NCBI GenBank assembly: GCA_965223005.1
Contig: CBDCVK010000010.1
Coordinates: forward strand, 1,280,001 to 1,344,000
Source of the DNA: Terriglobia bacterium
GTDB taxonomy: Bacteria; Acidobacteriota; Terriglobia; JAJPHL01; JAPKYU01
Reading direction: 5' to 3'
Length of the DNA: 64,000 nucleotides
Shown: positions 9,367 to 19,203 of the stretch, piece after piece
Position numbering within the stretch: position 1 is the stretch's first letter
Layout: each line of letters starts with the position of its first letter
Notes under the pieces: generated by a model
Databases searched by the model: none
The model's input: the letters and a program-made list of their open reading frames with translations, nothing else
What the model was told of the DNA's origin: nothing
Program-made: the position numbers and the translations under genes

Positions 9367-9411
9367 TCTGGCTCATCCTGGCCCATCCTAGCCCATTCTG
9401 CCCCATCCTCA
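9364..9411. repeat. About 5 degenerate 10-bp tandem units, each ending in ATG on the minus strand
   Basis: cattctggct catcctggcc catcctagcc cattctgccc catcctca. Confidence 0.8.
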
Positions 9412-10323
9412 GTCGTCACGTAAATAATACCCTTTGCGCGCCTGCACGGTAAAGGAAGGATCTTTGGCCCGCACTTCCAGGCGCCGGTAGGTGCCGGCCT
9501 CCAATTGCGGTGAAGCGTAGTAGCCCAGCAGGTAGTGCGTGCGCAACTCCTCGCCGATGGCGGCAAACACGGGGTCCAGATGGGCCAGTGAATCGGGAGT
9601 GAAGGCTCGCCCGCCTGTGCCCTCGGAAAACAACTGGAGAGAGTGCTCGCCACCGATGTTCCGCCCGGCCTCGCCGCGGACGGGCACGATCACCACGCTG
9701 TAGATGACAGCATCGGCCTGCTGAGCCGCGCGCAGCGCAGGGTGAAAGGTGCTGTCGCTGGTCGTGTCCCCACCGTCGGTAATCAGGATCATCACCTTGC
9801 GGCCCCGTTGCGTTCGCAATTCGTCGGAAGCCAGGTAGATGGCGTCGAACAGCGAAGTGCCCCCGTGGGGGCGCACCTTACGCACGGCCTTCTCCAGCCG
9901 CGTGGCGCTGGCCGTGAAAGGGGCGATCTGGGTGACGCTCTCGGTGAAGGTAAACAGCGCGATCCGGTCTTGCGGCCGCAGGATGGAGCGGATAAAACGG
10001 ATCGCCGATTCCTTCTCGAACTTCAAGTCTTTGGCGGTGGAAAGGCTGGCATCGAGCATCAGCGCGATGGAAAGCGGCAGGTCCGCTTCGCGGCTGAACA
10101 CCCGAACCTGCTGCAACTCGCCCTCCTCGTAAACTTCAAAGTCTTCCTTGCCCAAGTCCGAGGCCAACCGCCCGCTTCGGTCGCGCACCGTGGCCAGGAT
10201 GTTGACCAACCGGACGGCAACTTTGACGGAGGTGGTTTGGGACGCAGCGGGCGGCTGGCAGTAGGCAGTCGGCAGCAGGCAGCAGGCGGACACCAGCCAC
10301 AGAGTGCGCCGGCCAATGTGCAT
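9409..10323 (-). CDS. Secreted VWA-domain protein (Acidobacteria type)
   Basis: Signal-like N-terminus; VRLVNILATVRD, LMLDASLST (MIDAS), GGTSLFDAIY, LITDGGDT and YLLGY..ARKGY; start uncertain. Confidence 0.9.
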   Translation of the reverse strand: MHIGRRTLWLVSACCLLPTAYCQPPAASQTTSVKVAVRLVNILATVRDRSGRLASDLGKEDFEVYEEGELQQVRVFSREADLPLSIALMLDASLSTAKDLKFEKESAIRFIRSILRPQDRIALFTFTESVTQIAPFTASATRLEKAVRKVRPHGGTSLFDAIYLASDELRTQRGRKVMILITDGGDTTSDSTFHPALRAAQQADAVIYSVVIVPVRGEAGRNIGGEHSLQLFSEGTGGRAFTPDSLAHLDPVFAAIGEELRTHYLLGYYASPQLEAGTYRRLEVRAKDPSFTVQARKGYYLRDD

Positions 10324-10375
10324 GTTCACTAGGAAGACGCGGCTCCTGCTCAACAGGTTCCGCCTAGCCCCAGAT

Positions 10376-11197
10376 TCACCCGGACTGCGCACGTTCGACT
10401 GTAGAGCTCGAATCTTCGACCGTGGCCTTCCGAGTTGGGGCTTCGGAGCTTCGACCTGGAACCTGCGCTAAAAACGCCTTGTCCCATTCCCCGTCCGCCC
10501 ATATGGCGCCGTCGGCGAAGTACTCCTTCTTCCAGATGGGCACCGTTTTCTTCAGTCGGTCGATGGTGTACCGGCAGGCTTCAAAGGCCGGATGGCGGTG
10601 GGGCGAGGTCACCACGATTGCCACGCTGGTCTCGCCGATTTCCAGGCGACCCAGGCGATGCAGGATGCCGATGCGGTCAATCGGCCACCGCCGGCGGGCC
10701 TCGTGGGCCAGCGCACGCATCTGCTCTAGCGCCATCGGTTCGTACGCCTCGTATTCCAGGAAGAGGGTAGACTTGCCGCCGGAGTGGTTCCGGACCACGC
10801 CTTCAAAGACTACCACCGCTCCGTCTTCGGCCCGCTGGAGGCGAGTCACCAGGGCTCGGGTATCAATCGGCTCGCGGACAATCGCTACTAATTCTACATT
10901 TGGCTCCGCACCTGGCTCCGCAGTTGGTTCTGCCTCCGGCTTTGCCGGCTGGCTACCGCCGGAAACAGGGGGAAGGAAGGCGACCTCGTCGCCGTCGGCC
11001 AGCATCGCTGAAGAATCGCCGAATTCGTGGTTGCGGGCCAGCACCACCGCGTGGCGCATCGCTCCCAGGCGCGGAAATCGTCCAGCGTAACTTTCAAACA
11101 GGCCCTGCAGATCGCTGCCTTCTAAAACTTGAACTTCTTCTTCAGATTTTCCCGTGATGTCCTTGATTTGACCAAAGAACAGGACGCGCACTCGCAT
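10376..11197 (-). CDS. moaX: Fused molybdopterin synthase MoaD-MoaE (MoaX-like)
   Basis: MRVRVLFFG..DEVAFLPPVSGG (MoaD), linker, then GAVVVFEGVVRN..LEYEAY..HRLG..LKKTVPIWKKE (MoaE); GGAGG SD before ATG 11197. Confidence 0.92.
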   Translation of the reverse strand: MRVRVLFFGQIKDITGKSEEEVQVLEGSDLQGLFESYAGRFPRLGAMRHAVVLARNHEFGDSSAMLADGDEVAFLPPVSGGSQPAKPEAEPTAEPGAEPNVELVAIVREPIDTRALVTRLQRAEDGAVVVFEGVVRNHSGGKSTLFLEYEAYEPMALEQMRALAHEARRRWPIDRIGILHRLGRLEIGETSVAIVVTSPHRHPAFEACRYTIDRLKKTVPIWKKEYFADGAIWADGEWDKAFLAQVPGRSSEAPTRKATVEDSSSTVERAQSG

Positions 11198-11211
11198 CCG
11201 ACCTCCCAGCC

Positions 11212-11445
11212 CTAGCCTTTGCTCACTTCCCGGCCCGGCCGCTCCGAGAGCTTCATCCACTCCAGGCAGTCATGTCCCAGCACCTGCACACCGCTGAGGA
11301 ACTCAACCTGCGCATTGCGGAAGTGCTTCCAGGCCAGAGACTGGCAACATCGCGAAGGCAAGACCTGCGCCAGGTCAGGAAACAGGGGCCGGGCGGGTCG
11401 CCCTCGACGCACGTTGCGCGGCTTTTTTCTTCCCGGGTTGGCCAT
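11212..11445 (-). CDS. Small hypothetical protein (77 aa)
   Basis: Strong SD GGAAAGGAG before ATG 11445; helix-like HFRNAQVEFLSGVQVL; directly upstream of moaX. Confidence 0.55.
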   Translation of the reverse strand: MANPGRKKPRNVRRGRPARPLFPDLAQVLPSRCCQSLAWKHFRNAQVEFLSGVQVLGHDCLEWMKLSERPGREVSKG

Positions 11446-11665
11446 CTTGCTCTCCTTTCCCAAAGTACTCTTAAGCCAAACATACCACAACTGGCCACAA
11501 CTGGGGCTATCGCCAGGACTGAACCCGGACCGGCAGGGATGCGGCAGGGGGCGAGATGGTAGATATACCCATTTTCTAGGGAGGTTATCTGGTGAGATGT
11601 GAGGTGCTTGTTGAGTGGTCCAGGCCAACCATCGGGGCTGGTGGGCATTCACACGGAACGCAGTT

Positions 11666-12463
11666 TTATCTTGGCCTTCCCGTCGGCATTTTCTGCTTCT
11701 TCAGGCCCGTCGGAACAGTGAATAAGCTCGATTCCAGGGTCCTCCGTTCCACCTTAGTGGTTTCCCACTCGGAAACGACCCGCTCCCCCTCGTAGTCCAG
11801 CCTGCGCACCGGGAACCCTTTCATTTGCTCCATTCCCGACAACCCCCAGCCGCTCTGGCGGGTACCCTTGCTCAGTGGTTCGAAGAATTCAGCCATGGCT
11901 CGGAAGGTTTGGAGCTCCGCCTCCTTGAGGAGCCCCGGCCCGCTCGGAGCAACCCAGACCTCGTTGATACGCTCGCCATCGCTCAGCACCTCGTAGCGGG
12001 TGCAGACGTAAGACCCCACTTTTCCTCCCTGGCTCTTGACCCGGACGGTGATGCTGGGGGGCTTAGCCATGCCCATTTTCTGCTTCATCATCTTCTCGAT
12101 CATCTGGCGCTGCTTAGGCGGCATCTGGGCCATCTGCGCTTCCATTTGCTTCATGGCAGAATCCATCTGTTGCTTCATCCGCTGTAGGTCGGCAGCAGTC
12201 ATCTCCATGTAGCTGCCACGGCTATGGTCAATCATCCACATCACCTGCTTGGCCTGGTCGAAGATCATGGCGGTCTTCTTGCCCCCGTGTTCTCTGATGT
12301 CGAAGCGCAACTTTCCCGCGTCTATGTACATGTTCATCTGCTGCCCGGGCTTCTCACTGCCCGGCTTACTCTCTTTCATCTGAAGAGCCACACCTGCCTG
12401 TACTGCCAGGGCAGAACACCCCAGTGCGATCAAAGACGCCAGCGCTTGAAGCATTAATCTCAT
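11666..12463 (-). CDS. Secreted DUF4412-like protein
   Basis: Signal peptide, Met/Gln-rich helical insert (AQMPPKQRQMIEKMM) and C-terminal LFTVPTGLKK. Confidence 0.75.
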   Translation of the reverse strand: MRLMLQALASLIALGCSALAVQAGVALQMKESKPGSEKPGQQMNMYIDAGKLRFDIREHGGKKTAMIFDQAKQVMWMIDHSRGSYMEMTAADLQRMKQQMDSAMKQMEAQMAQMPPKQRQMIEKMMKQKMGMAKPPSITVRVKSQGGKVGSYVCTRYEVLSDGERINEVWVAPSGPGLLKEAELQTFRAMAEFFEPLSKGTRQSGWGLSGMEQMKGFPVRRLDYEGERVVSEWETTKVERRTLESSLFTVPTGLKKQKMPTGRPR

Positions 12464-12554
12464 TGCCCAGTCTCCTTTCCAGGTCCGCAGGACTGAGGAA
12501 ATCGTATGCGCAACACCGGCTGCGGTCAATCGGAAGCTGGAGCTCGCGGACGCG

Positions 12555-13394
12555 CTACCGGGCGAGCACCAGGCAGAGGACTCCCAGGAAAATCACGGCG
12601 GCGGCCAGCAGGCGGCGCGCCCCGAATCCCTCGCGCAGCACTAGCCAGCCCAGCAAAGCGGCAAGAATGATGCTCGACTCCCGCGCCGCACCCACGTAGC
12701 TGACTGGTGCCAACCGCATCGCCGCCAGCACCGCAGCGAAGCCAGCCGAGCTCAACAGGGCGACCACCAGGACCCGCAACCGCTGCCGGCGGAACTCTCC
12801 CACCAAGTCGACACGTCGGACCCCGACAACGTAGGGCCACAACAGCAGCGCCGTGCCGCCGAAAATCAGGCAGACCATCGCCAGTGGCGAGAAGTAGTGT
12901 ACAGCAGCCTTATTCGCCAGTGAAAAAGACGCGACCCAGGCGCCGCAGGCCAGTGGCAGACCCAGCCGTCTCATGTGGGCGCGCAGCAGGTTTGCCCTCT
13001 GCAGGGAAAGAACCCCCAACGAGATCAGCAGGATTCCTGCCACCCCCGCCGGGGAAACTCTCTCCCCCAACAGAACGGCGGCTCCCAGGGCGATGAAGAC
13101 CGGGGCTGAGCCGCGGGCCACCGGGTAGACCACCGTGTAATCCAGACGCTGGTAGGAAGCCGAGAGCGTCAACATGTAAAGCCCTTCCGCCACGATGCTG
13201 GCGGCCAGCAGGGCCACCGAAACAGGAGTAAAACGTACGGGCAGGAAGAACAGCGCTGGCAGCGTCAGCAGGAACCCGCCCGCCAGCATCCACCAGACGA
13301 AGGCATACTTGTCCCTGCTGCTCTTCATCACCAGGTTCCAGGAAGCATGGTTGACAGCAGAAAGCAGCACGAGAAGCAGGGCGGTGAGGCTCAT
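12555..13394 (-). CDS. EamA/DMT family transporter
   Basis: About 10 TM segments; HASWN, VVYPVARGSAP and VSYVGAARESS. Confidence 0.9.
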   Translation of the reverse strand: MSLTALLLVLLSAVNHASWNLVMKSSRDKYAFVWWMLAGGFLLTLPALFFLPVRFTPVSVALLAASIVAEGLYMLTLSASYQRLDYTVVYPVARGSAPVFIALGAAVLLGERVSPAGVAGILLISLGVLSLQRANLLRAHMRRLGLPLACGAWVASFSLANKAAVHYFSPLAMVCLIFGGTALLLWPYVVGVRRVDLVGEFRRQRLRVLVVALLSSAGFAAVLAAMRLAPVSYVGAARESSIILAALLGWLVLREGFGARRLLAAAVIFLGVLCLVLAR

Positions 13395-13608
13395 GGTTTC
13401 ATGCGACTTACGGAGTCCGGAGTACCAATTCCTGCACTGCGGACCTCCATCCTGCTCGTCCGGCAGGGCCATGCTACACTGATGTTGTTGGAAACCGAAC
13501 AGGTCTGCGCCAGGCACAAAACGCCCTGTGGGACGAGGGCTTGCCGCATCACATAGGCGAAGCGACGCCTGGTCTGCAGGTGACTGAAACCACACTGGGA
13601 TTTTCGCG

Positions 13609-16071
13609 ATGGCGGCCAAGCTCACGATTCCCCAGATCCGGGCGGTTGTGCTGAGTCTGCTGGTGGGGACGGCCCTAGTTACTGGCGGCGTGTACCTGCA
13701 CCGCACCCGTGGGAGCGCGGCCAGCCAACCCCTGCCTCTGCCGCGCGTCCCTCCCAACGTTACTCAGAGCGCCGGCTTTCGTCTCTCCAAATCGGAGGGA
13801 GGCCGCACCGTGTTCACCGTTGAGGCATTGCGCGCCCGCGAGCAACGGGACACGGGCAAGAGCCTGCTGGAGGATGTGGAAATTATCACCTTCGGCGCTC
13901 AGGGAGATCGCCGCGACCGCATCTTCAGCAAGCTTTGTGAGTACGATGCCAAAACAGGGCGGGTGTACAGCGAGGGAGAGGTGGAGATCGAGTTAGCCAG
14001 CCTGCCAGGGGAGCTTCTCGCAGCCACCGGCAAGTCGGGGGAATCTCCCGCACGCTCGGTAGCCGGCGAGCCGGTGGCCCGCATTCAGGCCAGGACTTCG
14101 GGGCTGACGTTTAACGAGAAGACCGGAGTTGCTTCCACAGAGCGCCTAGTCCAGTTTCGCTTTCTTCGCGGGACGGGCCAGGCCAAGGGGGCCGTCTATG
14201 ACTCCCACCAACGCACGCTGCGGCTGACCTCCGCCGTGAGGATTTTGGTGCAGAAGCCGGACACGCCTCAGCCTACCGAAGACAAGCCATCCCAAATCGA
14301 AATCCTGGCGAAGGAGTTGGTTCACCTTCAGCGCCAGAGCCAAGTGCTGCTGCGGCAGCCACGAATACGCCAGACACTGGCCGGAGGTGGAAGTCGGGAG
14401 CTGCTGGGTGAAGAGGCGCTGCTGAGGCTCGATGAGCAGAATCGCTTGCAGGCGGCTGAGGTCGCCGGCCAGGTGCAGATCGATGAATCAGTGCCTGGCG
14501 CCACCCCAGCCGGGGGGCGGCAATCCCGCTTAACGGCCAAGCGCCTGGACCTGCTTTTCAACGAACGGCATCTCTTGGATCAGGTCCACGCCAACGAAGC
14601 AGTGCGGCTGGAGGTGGTGACTCCCCGTAACCGAGCCGAGTTTCAGGCGGCTCGCCTGGAGCTGTTTTTCGCCGGTCCGCAAAACACACTGTCGCAGGTG
14701 GACTGGAAAGGCGGGGTCAGAATCGTACTTATGCCCACCGCGGCGGGGGCTCCCGTCCGCGTGCTCACCAGCGAAGAGGTGGAAATGATCTTGAAGCCGG
14801 GCCGTCAAGAACTGGACGTGGCCCGTACGCTGGCTCCAGGCCGGCTGGAATTATTGCCGCCCAAGGGGCCCGTCCCAGTTCTGCGCGGCCGGCCGACCTG
14901 GCGTGTTCTGACTGCCGACCGGTTTTGGATGCAGTTTGGGGAGCAGAGCCAGCTGCGTGTGCTGCGCGCCGAGCAGGCGGTGCGGCTGGAATCGGAAGCC
15001 CCTGCCCCGCGGAATCAGACTGCCGGCGGCAGTCCGCGTCTCCCGACGCCCACCCCACGGATCACTACGAGCGACCTGCTGGTGGCCCACTTCTCACAAG
15101 CTTCGCAGCAACTGGAGGTACTGGAGCAGACCGGCAATTTTCTTTACACAGATGGCGAACGGCAGGCTACCGCTGAACGGGCCGTCTACCGACCTGCTGA
15201 GCGAGTGGTCACGCTCACCGGACGCCCAGGCCGCAATCCCGAGGTGTGGGACCGACAAAGCCGCACCTCAGCCCGGCAAATCACCCTGGACGAGGACAGC
15301 AAACAGGGCACCGCCAAGCAGCAGGTACGTTCCACCTACGTGCCGCAACAGAATCCAGGCTCTGCGGGTGCTGGCCCACTTTCCGGCAGCGACCCCGTGC
15401 ATGTGATTGCCGAACGGATGGTCTCCCAGCCCAACCGCGGAGTCATCCGGTACGAGGGAGGGCCGGGCCGGGGGCGCGTTCGTCTCTGGCAGAAAGGGGA
15501 AGTGATCGAGGCCCGCACCCTGGTGCTGGAACGCGAACGCCGGCGACTGACCGCCCAAGAAGAGGTGGTCACGCTGTTTCCGGAAGCCGGGGCCAAATCG
15601 GAGCAGCAGACCCGGAGCCCCATCCGGATCAGCGCCCAGCGGCTGGTGTACACGGATCAGGACCGGCGAGCGCATTACCAGGGCGGGGTGCTTCTTCGGC
15701 GAGGGGATAGCGTCGTGAAGGCGTCCACACTGGAAGCTCACTTGTTGCCGGCGAACCAGGAGCAGGCCGGACACTCACGATTGCAACGCGCCGTGGCGCG
15801 CGGCGGGGTGGAGATCCTGGATTTCTCTGCGGGCCAGCAGAGAAGAGCGGCCGCTGATACGGCCGAATATTTTTCCTCTGAGGAGAAGGTGATCTTGCGC
15901 GGCGGCCAGCCGTATGTCTACGATCCACAAAGGGGTTACACGCGAGGCCCTGAATTGACTTACTATATTCGCGATGATAGAATTTTTGTTGATGGGGACG
16001 GCGAGGCGCGCACAGTAACGGAACACCGCGTGCGCACCCGCCAGCAGAAACCTCCCCCGCAACGGCCATGA
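13609..16071 (+). CDS. lptC: Long LptC-LptA/OstA beta-jellyroll fusion (LPS transport bridge)
   Basis: N-terminal TM anchor, then repeated beta-rich OstA-like units ([13 protein letters not shown]; ADTAEY..VILRGG); overlaps the lptB start. Confidence 0.8.
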   Translation: MAAKLTIPQIRAVVLSLLVGTALVTGGVYLHRTRGSAASQPLPLPRVPPNVTQSAGFRLSKSEGGRTVFTVEALRAREQRDTGKSLLEDVEIITFGAQGDRRDRIFSKLCEYDAKTGRVYSEGEVEIELASLPGELLAATGKSGESPARSVAGEPVARIQARTSGLTFNEKTGVASTERLVQFRFLRGTGQAKGAVYDSHQRTLRLTSAVRILVQKPDTPQPTEDKPSQIEILAKELVHLQRQSQVLLRQPRIRQTLAGGGSRELLGEEALLRLDEQNRLQAAEVAGQVQIDESVPGATPAGGRQSRLTAKRLDLLFNERHLLDQVHANEAVRLEVVTPRNRAEFQAARLELFFAGPQNTLSQVDWKGGVRIVLMPTAAGAPVRVLTSEEVEMILKPGRQELDVARTLAPGRLELLPPKGPVPVLRGRPTWRVLTADRFWMQFGEQSQLRVLRAEQAVRLESEAPAPRNQTAGGSPRLPTPTPRITTSDLLVAHFSQASQQLEVLEQTGNFLYTDGERQATAERAVYRPAERVVTLTGRPGRNPEVWDRQSRTSARQITLDEDSKQGTAKQQVRSTYVPQQNPGSAGAGPLSGSDPVHVIAERMVSQPNRGVIRYEGGPGRGRVRLWQKGEVIEARTLVLERERRRLTAQEEVVTLFPEAGAKSEQQTRSPIRISAQRLVYTDQDRRAHYQGGVLLRRGDSVVKASTLEAHLLPANQEQAGHSRLQRAVARGGVEILDFSAGQQRRAAADTAEYFSSEEKVILRGGQPYVYDPQRGYTRGPELTYYIRDDRIFVDGDGEARTVTEHRVRTRQQKPPPQRP

Positions 16072-16901
16072 GCGCGCTCTGTGCGGAAGAGCTGAAGAAG
16101 TCCTACGGCGGGCGTTGCGTTGTAGATGGCGTTTCCCTCCAGGTCAATCCGGGAGAAGTGGTTGGGCTGCTGGGCCCCAACGGCGCCGGAAAGACAACAA
16201 CGTTTTACATCATCGTCGGACTAGCCAGTCCCGACAGCGGGCGGGTTCTGCTGAGGGGGCAGGAGATTACCCGCTTCCCCATGTACCAGCGCGCCCGTCA
16301 TGGCATCAGTTACCTGCCTCAGGAACCGTCTATCTTCCGCAAGCTCACGGTTCAGGAAAACATTCTGGCCATTCTGGAAACGCTGCCGATTTCCTGGCAC
16401 GAGCGGCGCGAACAGCTGGAGAGCCTGCTGGACCAGTTTGGCCTACAAACGGTGCGCAAGAATCGGGGCGATGCGCTCTCCGGTGGCGAGCGGCGGCGGG
16501 TGGAGATTGCGCGGGCGCTGGTCATTTCACCCAGTTTCATTCTTCTCGACGAGCCCTTTTCCGGCATTGACCCGCTGGCGGTGCTTGAGATCCAGCGGAT
16601 CATTGGCAACCTGAAGCGATCCGGCATTGGCATCCTTGTCACCGACCACAATGTGCGGGAAACGCTCACGGTGACCGATCGTGCCTACATCATCAACAAC
16701 GGGTGCATCTTCCGCAGTGGCACCCCTGAGGCACTGAGCAATGATCCGGAGGTGAAACGGGTCTATCTGGGGGAAGGCTTTTCCTTTGCGGGTCGTTCCG
16801 CTTCTTCGTCGGAGGCCGAGCAGGAAGCAGCCGCGCTGCCCGGCGATGGCAGCCAACCCGCACCAGCGAACTCTGAAGCGACTCCAGCGCGCCGCATCTA
16901 A
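16068..16901 (+). CDS. lptB: LPS export ABC ATPase
   Basis: [46 protein letters not shown] and VYLGE. Confidence 0.96.
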   Translation: MSALCAEELKKSYGGRCVVDGVSLQVNPGEVVGLLGPNGAGKTTTFYIIVGLASPDSGRVLLRGQEITRFPMYQRARHGISYLPQEPSIFRKLTVQENILAILETLPISWHERREQLESLLDQFGLQTVRKNRGDALSGGERRRVEIARALVISPSFILLDEPFSGIDPLAVLEIQRIIGNLKRSGIGILVTDHNVRETLTVTDRAYIINNGCIFRSGTPEALSNDPEVKRVYLGEGFSFAGRSASSSEAEQEAAALPGDGSQPAPANSEATPARRI

Positions 16902-16910
16902 GGGGCCCCC

Positions 16911-18380
16911 ATGTCGCTGTTCCATCCCAGAATCAGCCTGAGAGTCACCCAGAAGCAGATTCTGACCCCTGGCCTGGTCCAGATGGTCAGCGTTCTGGCT
17001 TTGAACAAGCTGGAACTGAAAGACCTGATCACCCAGGAGATGGTGGAGAACCCCGTTCTGGAGGAACTGAGCGAAGCGGAACTGGGCGATTCGGAGCAGG
17101 AAAGTCCTTCTTCGGTGGAAGAGTTAGCGGCAGCCGAGGAACGCCGCATGGAGTTGGGTGAGCGGGAGGTTCAGGAGACCAACGGCCACGACCCGTTCGA
17201 CGAGATTGACTTCGGCTCCTTCTTCCAAGACTACCTCGACCCGGGCTACAAAAGCCCTGCCGCCGAAGTCATTGAGAAACCCTCCTTCGAGAACTTCCTG
17301 GCCGCACCCACCACGCTGACTGACCACCTGAGGTGGCAGGTCAGCCTCTCGGCAGCTCCAGAGGCCATCGCGGCGGCCGCCGAGTCTGTTGTTGGGAACC
17401 TGAACGAAGACGGCTTCCTCACTGCCACCCTGGAGGAGATTGCCCAAAGCGGGGGACACTCGTTGGACGAGGTGACGGAAGCTTTGCAGCTGGTGCAGGA
17501 GTGCGACCCGCCCGGCGTGGCGGCCCGCGACCTGCGCGAGTGCCTGCTGATCCAGTTGCGGGGCCTGCGCCTGGAAGGCCGTTTGGCATGGCAGATCGTT
17601 CACGACCAGCTGTCGCTGGTGCAGAACAAGCACTGGAAGGAACTGGCCCGCCTGCTGAACCGGCCGCTGCCGGAAATCGACGCGGCTGTGGCGGTGATCC
17701 GGAAGCTGGATCCGCGGCCCGGCCAGCGCTACAACAAGACCGCGCCGCGGTTAATTGAACCTGACATCTTCTTTGTCAAGGTGGGCGACGACTACCAGGT
17801 CCTGTTCAATGAGGATGGCCTGCCACAGTTGCGGATGAACTCTTCCTACCGCCGGCTGCTGGAGCGCGGCGCGTCCACCAAGGAGACGCGCGACTACGTC
17901 CGGGACCGCTACAACTCGGCCATCCAGTTGATCAAGAACATCGAGCAGCGCAAGCAGACGATCGCCCGTGTCTGCGACTGCATCATTCGCCAGCAGAAAG
18001 ATTTTCTCAGCTACGGCCCCGATCACCTCAAGCCCCTGATGATTAAGGAGGTGGCCGAGGAAGCCGGCGTGCATCCCTCCACGGTCAGCCGGGCCGTGGC
18101 CAATAAGTACGCTCATACCCCGCAGGGAGTCTGCGAGCTGCGTTCCTTCTTCTCCGAGGCGGTCAGCGGGCCATCCGGCAGCGCCACTTCGTTGATGGTC
18201 TTGAAGCGAAGGGTCAAGAAATTGATCGAAGAGGAAAACCCCGCCCACCCGCTGACGGACGAACAAATCACCAAGATTCTACAGTCAGAAGGAATTCTGG
18301 TAACACGGCGCACAGTTGCCAAGTACAGGGAGGACATGAGGATTCTCTCCACCCACCAGCGTCGGGTGAAGCCTTCGTAG
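16911..18380 (+). CDS. rpoN: RNA polymerase sigma-54 factor
   Basis: ENPVLE, RDLRECLLIQL, HPSTVSRA and the RpoN box TRRTVAKYRE. Confidence 0.97.
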   Translation: MSLFHPRISLRVTQKQILTPGLVQMVSVLALNKLELKDLITQEMVENPVLEELSEAELGDSEQESPSSVEELAAAEERRMELGEREVQETNGHDPFDEIDFGSFFQDYLDPGYKSPAAEVIEKPSFENFLAAPTTLTDHLRWQVSLSAAPEAIAAAAESVVGNLNEDGFLTATLEEIAQSGGHSLDEVTEALQLVQECDPPGVAARDLRECLLIQLRGLRLEGRLAWQIVHDQLSLVQNKHWKELARLLNRPLPEIDAAVAVIRKLDPRPGQRYNKTAPRLIEPDIFFVKVGDDYQVLFNEDGLPQLRMNSSYRRLLERGASTKETRDYVRDRYNSAIQLIKNIEQRKQTIARVCDCIIRQQKDFLSYGPDHLKPLMIKEVAEEAGVHPSTVSRAVANKYAHTPQGVCELRSFFSEAVSGPSGSATSLMVLKRRVKKLIEEENPAHPLTDEQITKILQSEGILVTRRTVAKYREDMRILSTHQRRVKPS

Positions 18381-18470
18381 GGGCTATTCTGCTGGGGCCG
18401 CCTTGTGCTCCCTTGCCGAACGCCTTTTGCGGCCGATTGCGCTCCAGCAGGCAAGCGACAGGAGGAGGGC

Positions 18471-18842
18471 ATGAAAATCCACTTTACGGGCAGGCAAGTT
18501 GAAATCACTCCCGCGATCCGGTTTCGCGTGGAACAGAAGCTGCGGAAAATCCACAAAATCCTGGGATCCCACCTAGACCTGGAAACTCACGTCATCCTGT
18601 CGCTGGAACACCACCGCTACACCAGTGAAGTGACCCTAAACTTGAAACACCACCCCCTCGTGGGACTCTCATTGAAACACGACTTTCGGGCGTCATTGCG
18701 GGAGGCGCTGGAAAAGTTGGAAAAGTTGGAAAAGCAGGCCGTCAAGTACAAGACCCGCGGGAGGGAGCGCAAGCGGCGGCCCGTAGCCTCCCTGAAAAAA
18801 GCGCTTCGAACCAGCGGCGGCGGCCTGCCCTCCGAATTCTAG
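18471..18842 (+). CDS. hpf: Ribosome hibernation promoting factor (N-terminal domain only)
   Basis: GGAGG SD; MKIHFTGRQVEITPAIR..EQKLRK..LEKQ; follows rpoN. Confidence 0.88.
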   Translation: MKIHFTGRQVEITPAIRFRVEQKLRKIHKILGSHLDLETHVILSLEHHRYTSEVTLNLKHHPLVGLSLKHDFRASLREALEKLEKLEKQAVKYKTRGRERKRRPVASLKKALRTSGGGLPSEF

Positions 18843-18976
18843 GGCTGCGGGAACGGTTGTAGGTCCCACTAACCAGCAGCCAAATCGGGGTGCCCGCTGC
18901 AGGAAAGGTGTCGTCCGCTCGACCCACTTCTGATCCCGATCGGGGCGCGGCATCCTACGCTGAGCTGTCAAGAGCG

Positions 18977-19123
18977 CTTCTGGCGATCCGGGGTGGAGGC
19001 CACAACGGGGGAGGCCTGGGGGTCTGCGACGACGGACTGGTGGTGGACCTCTCGCGCATGAGGGGCCTGCGGGTCTATCCGAAAGGCCGCACCGTGCGAG
19101 TTGAGGGAGGCGCCGCGCCGTGA
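18977..19123 (+). pseudogene. Isolated fragment of an FAD-binding (VAO/BBE-type) oxidoreductase
   Basis: LAIRGGGHNGGGLGVCDDGLVVDLSRMRGLRV..RTVRVEGGA is the FAD_binding_4 signature; no plausible N- or C-terminal remainder. Confidence 0.8.
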
Positions 19124-19203
19124 AATCCGCGCCAACCCACAGCCGCTTTCCTTCCAGCTGCCGGACTGTGTAATATGGTCGCTGGAGGGTTCCGCACAGC
19201 GAC

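Noticed and set aside
11446-11665. Possible Moco riboswitch upstream of the moaX unit (ends in GGAAAGGAG)
   Set aside because: The pairing CUCCC and other Moco stems are not evident; it reads as a plain SD. cmscan would settle it.
11592-11795. 67-aa plus-strand ORF with a GGAGGT SD
   Set aside because: Mostly antisense to the DUF4412-like gene and has no recognisable features.
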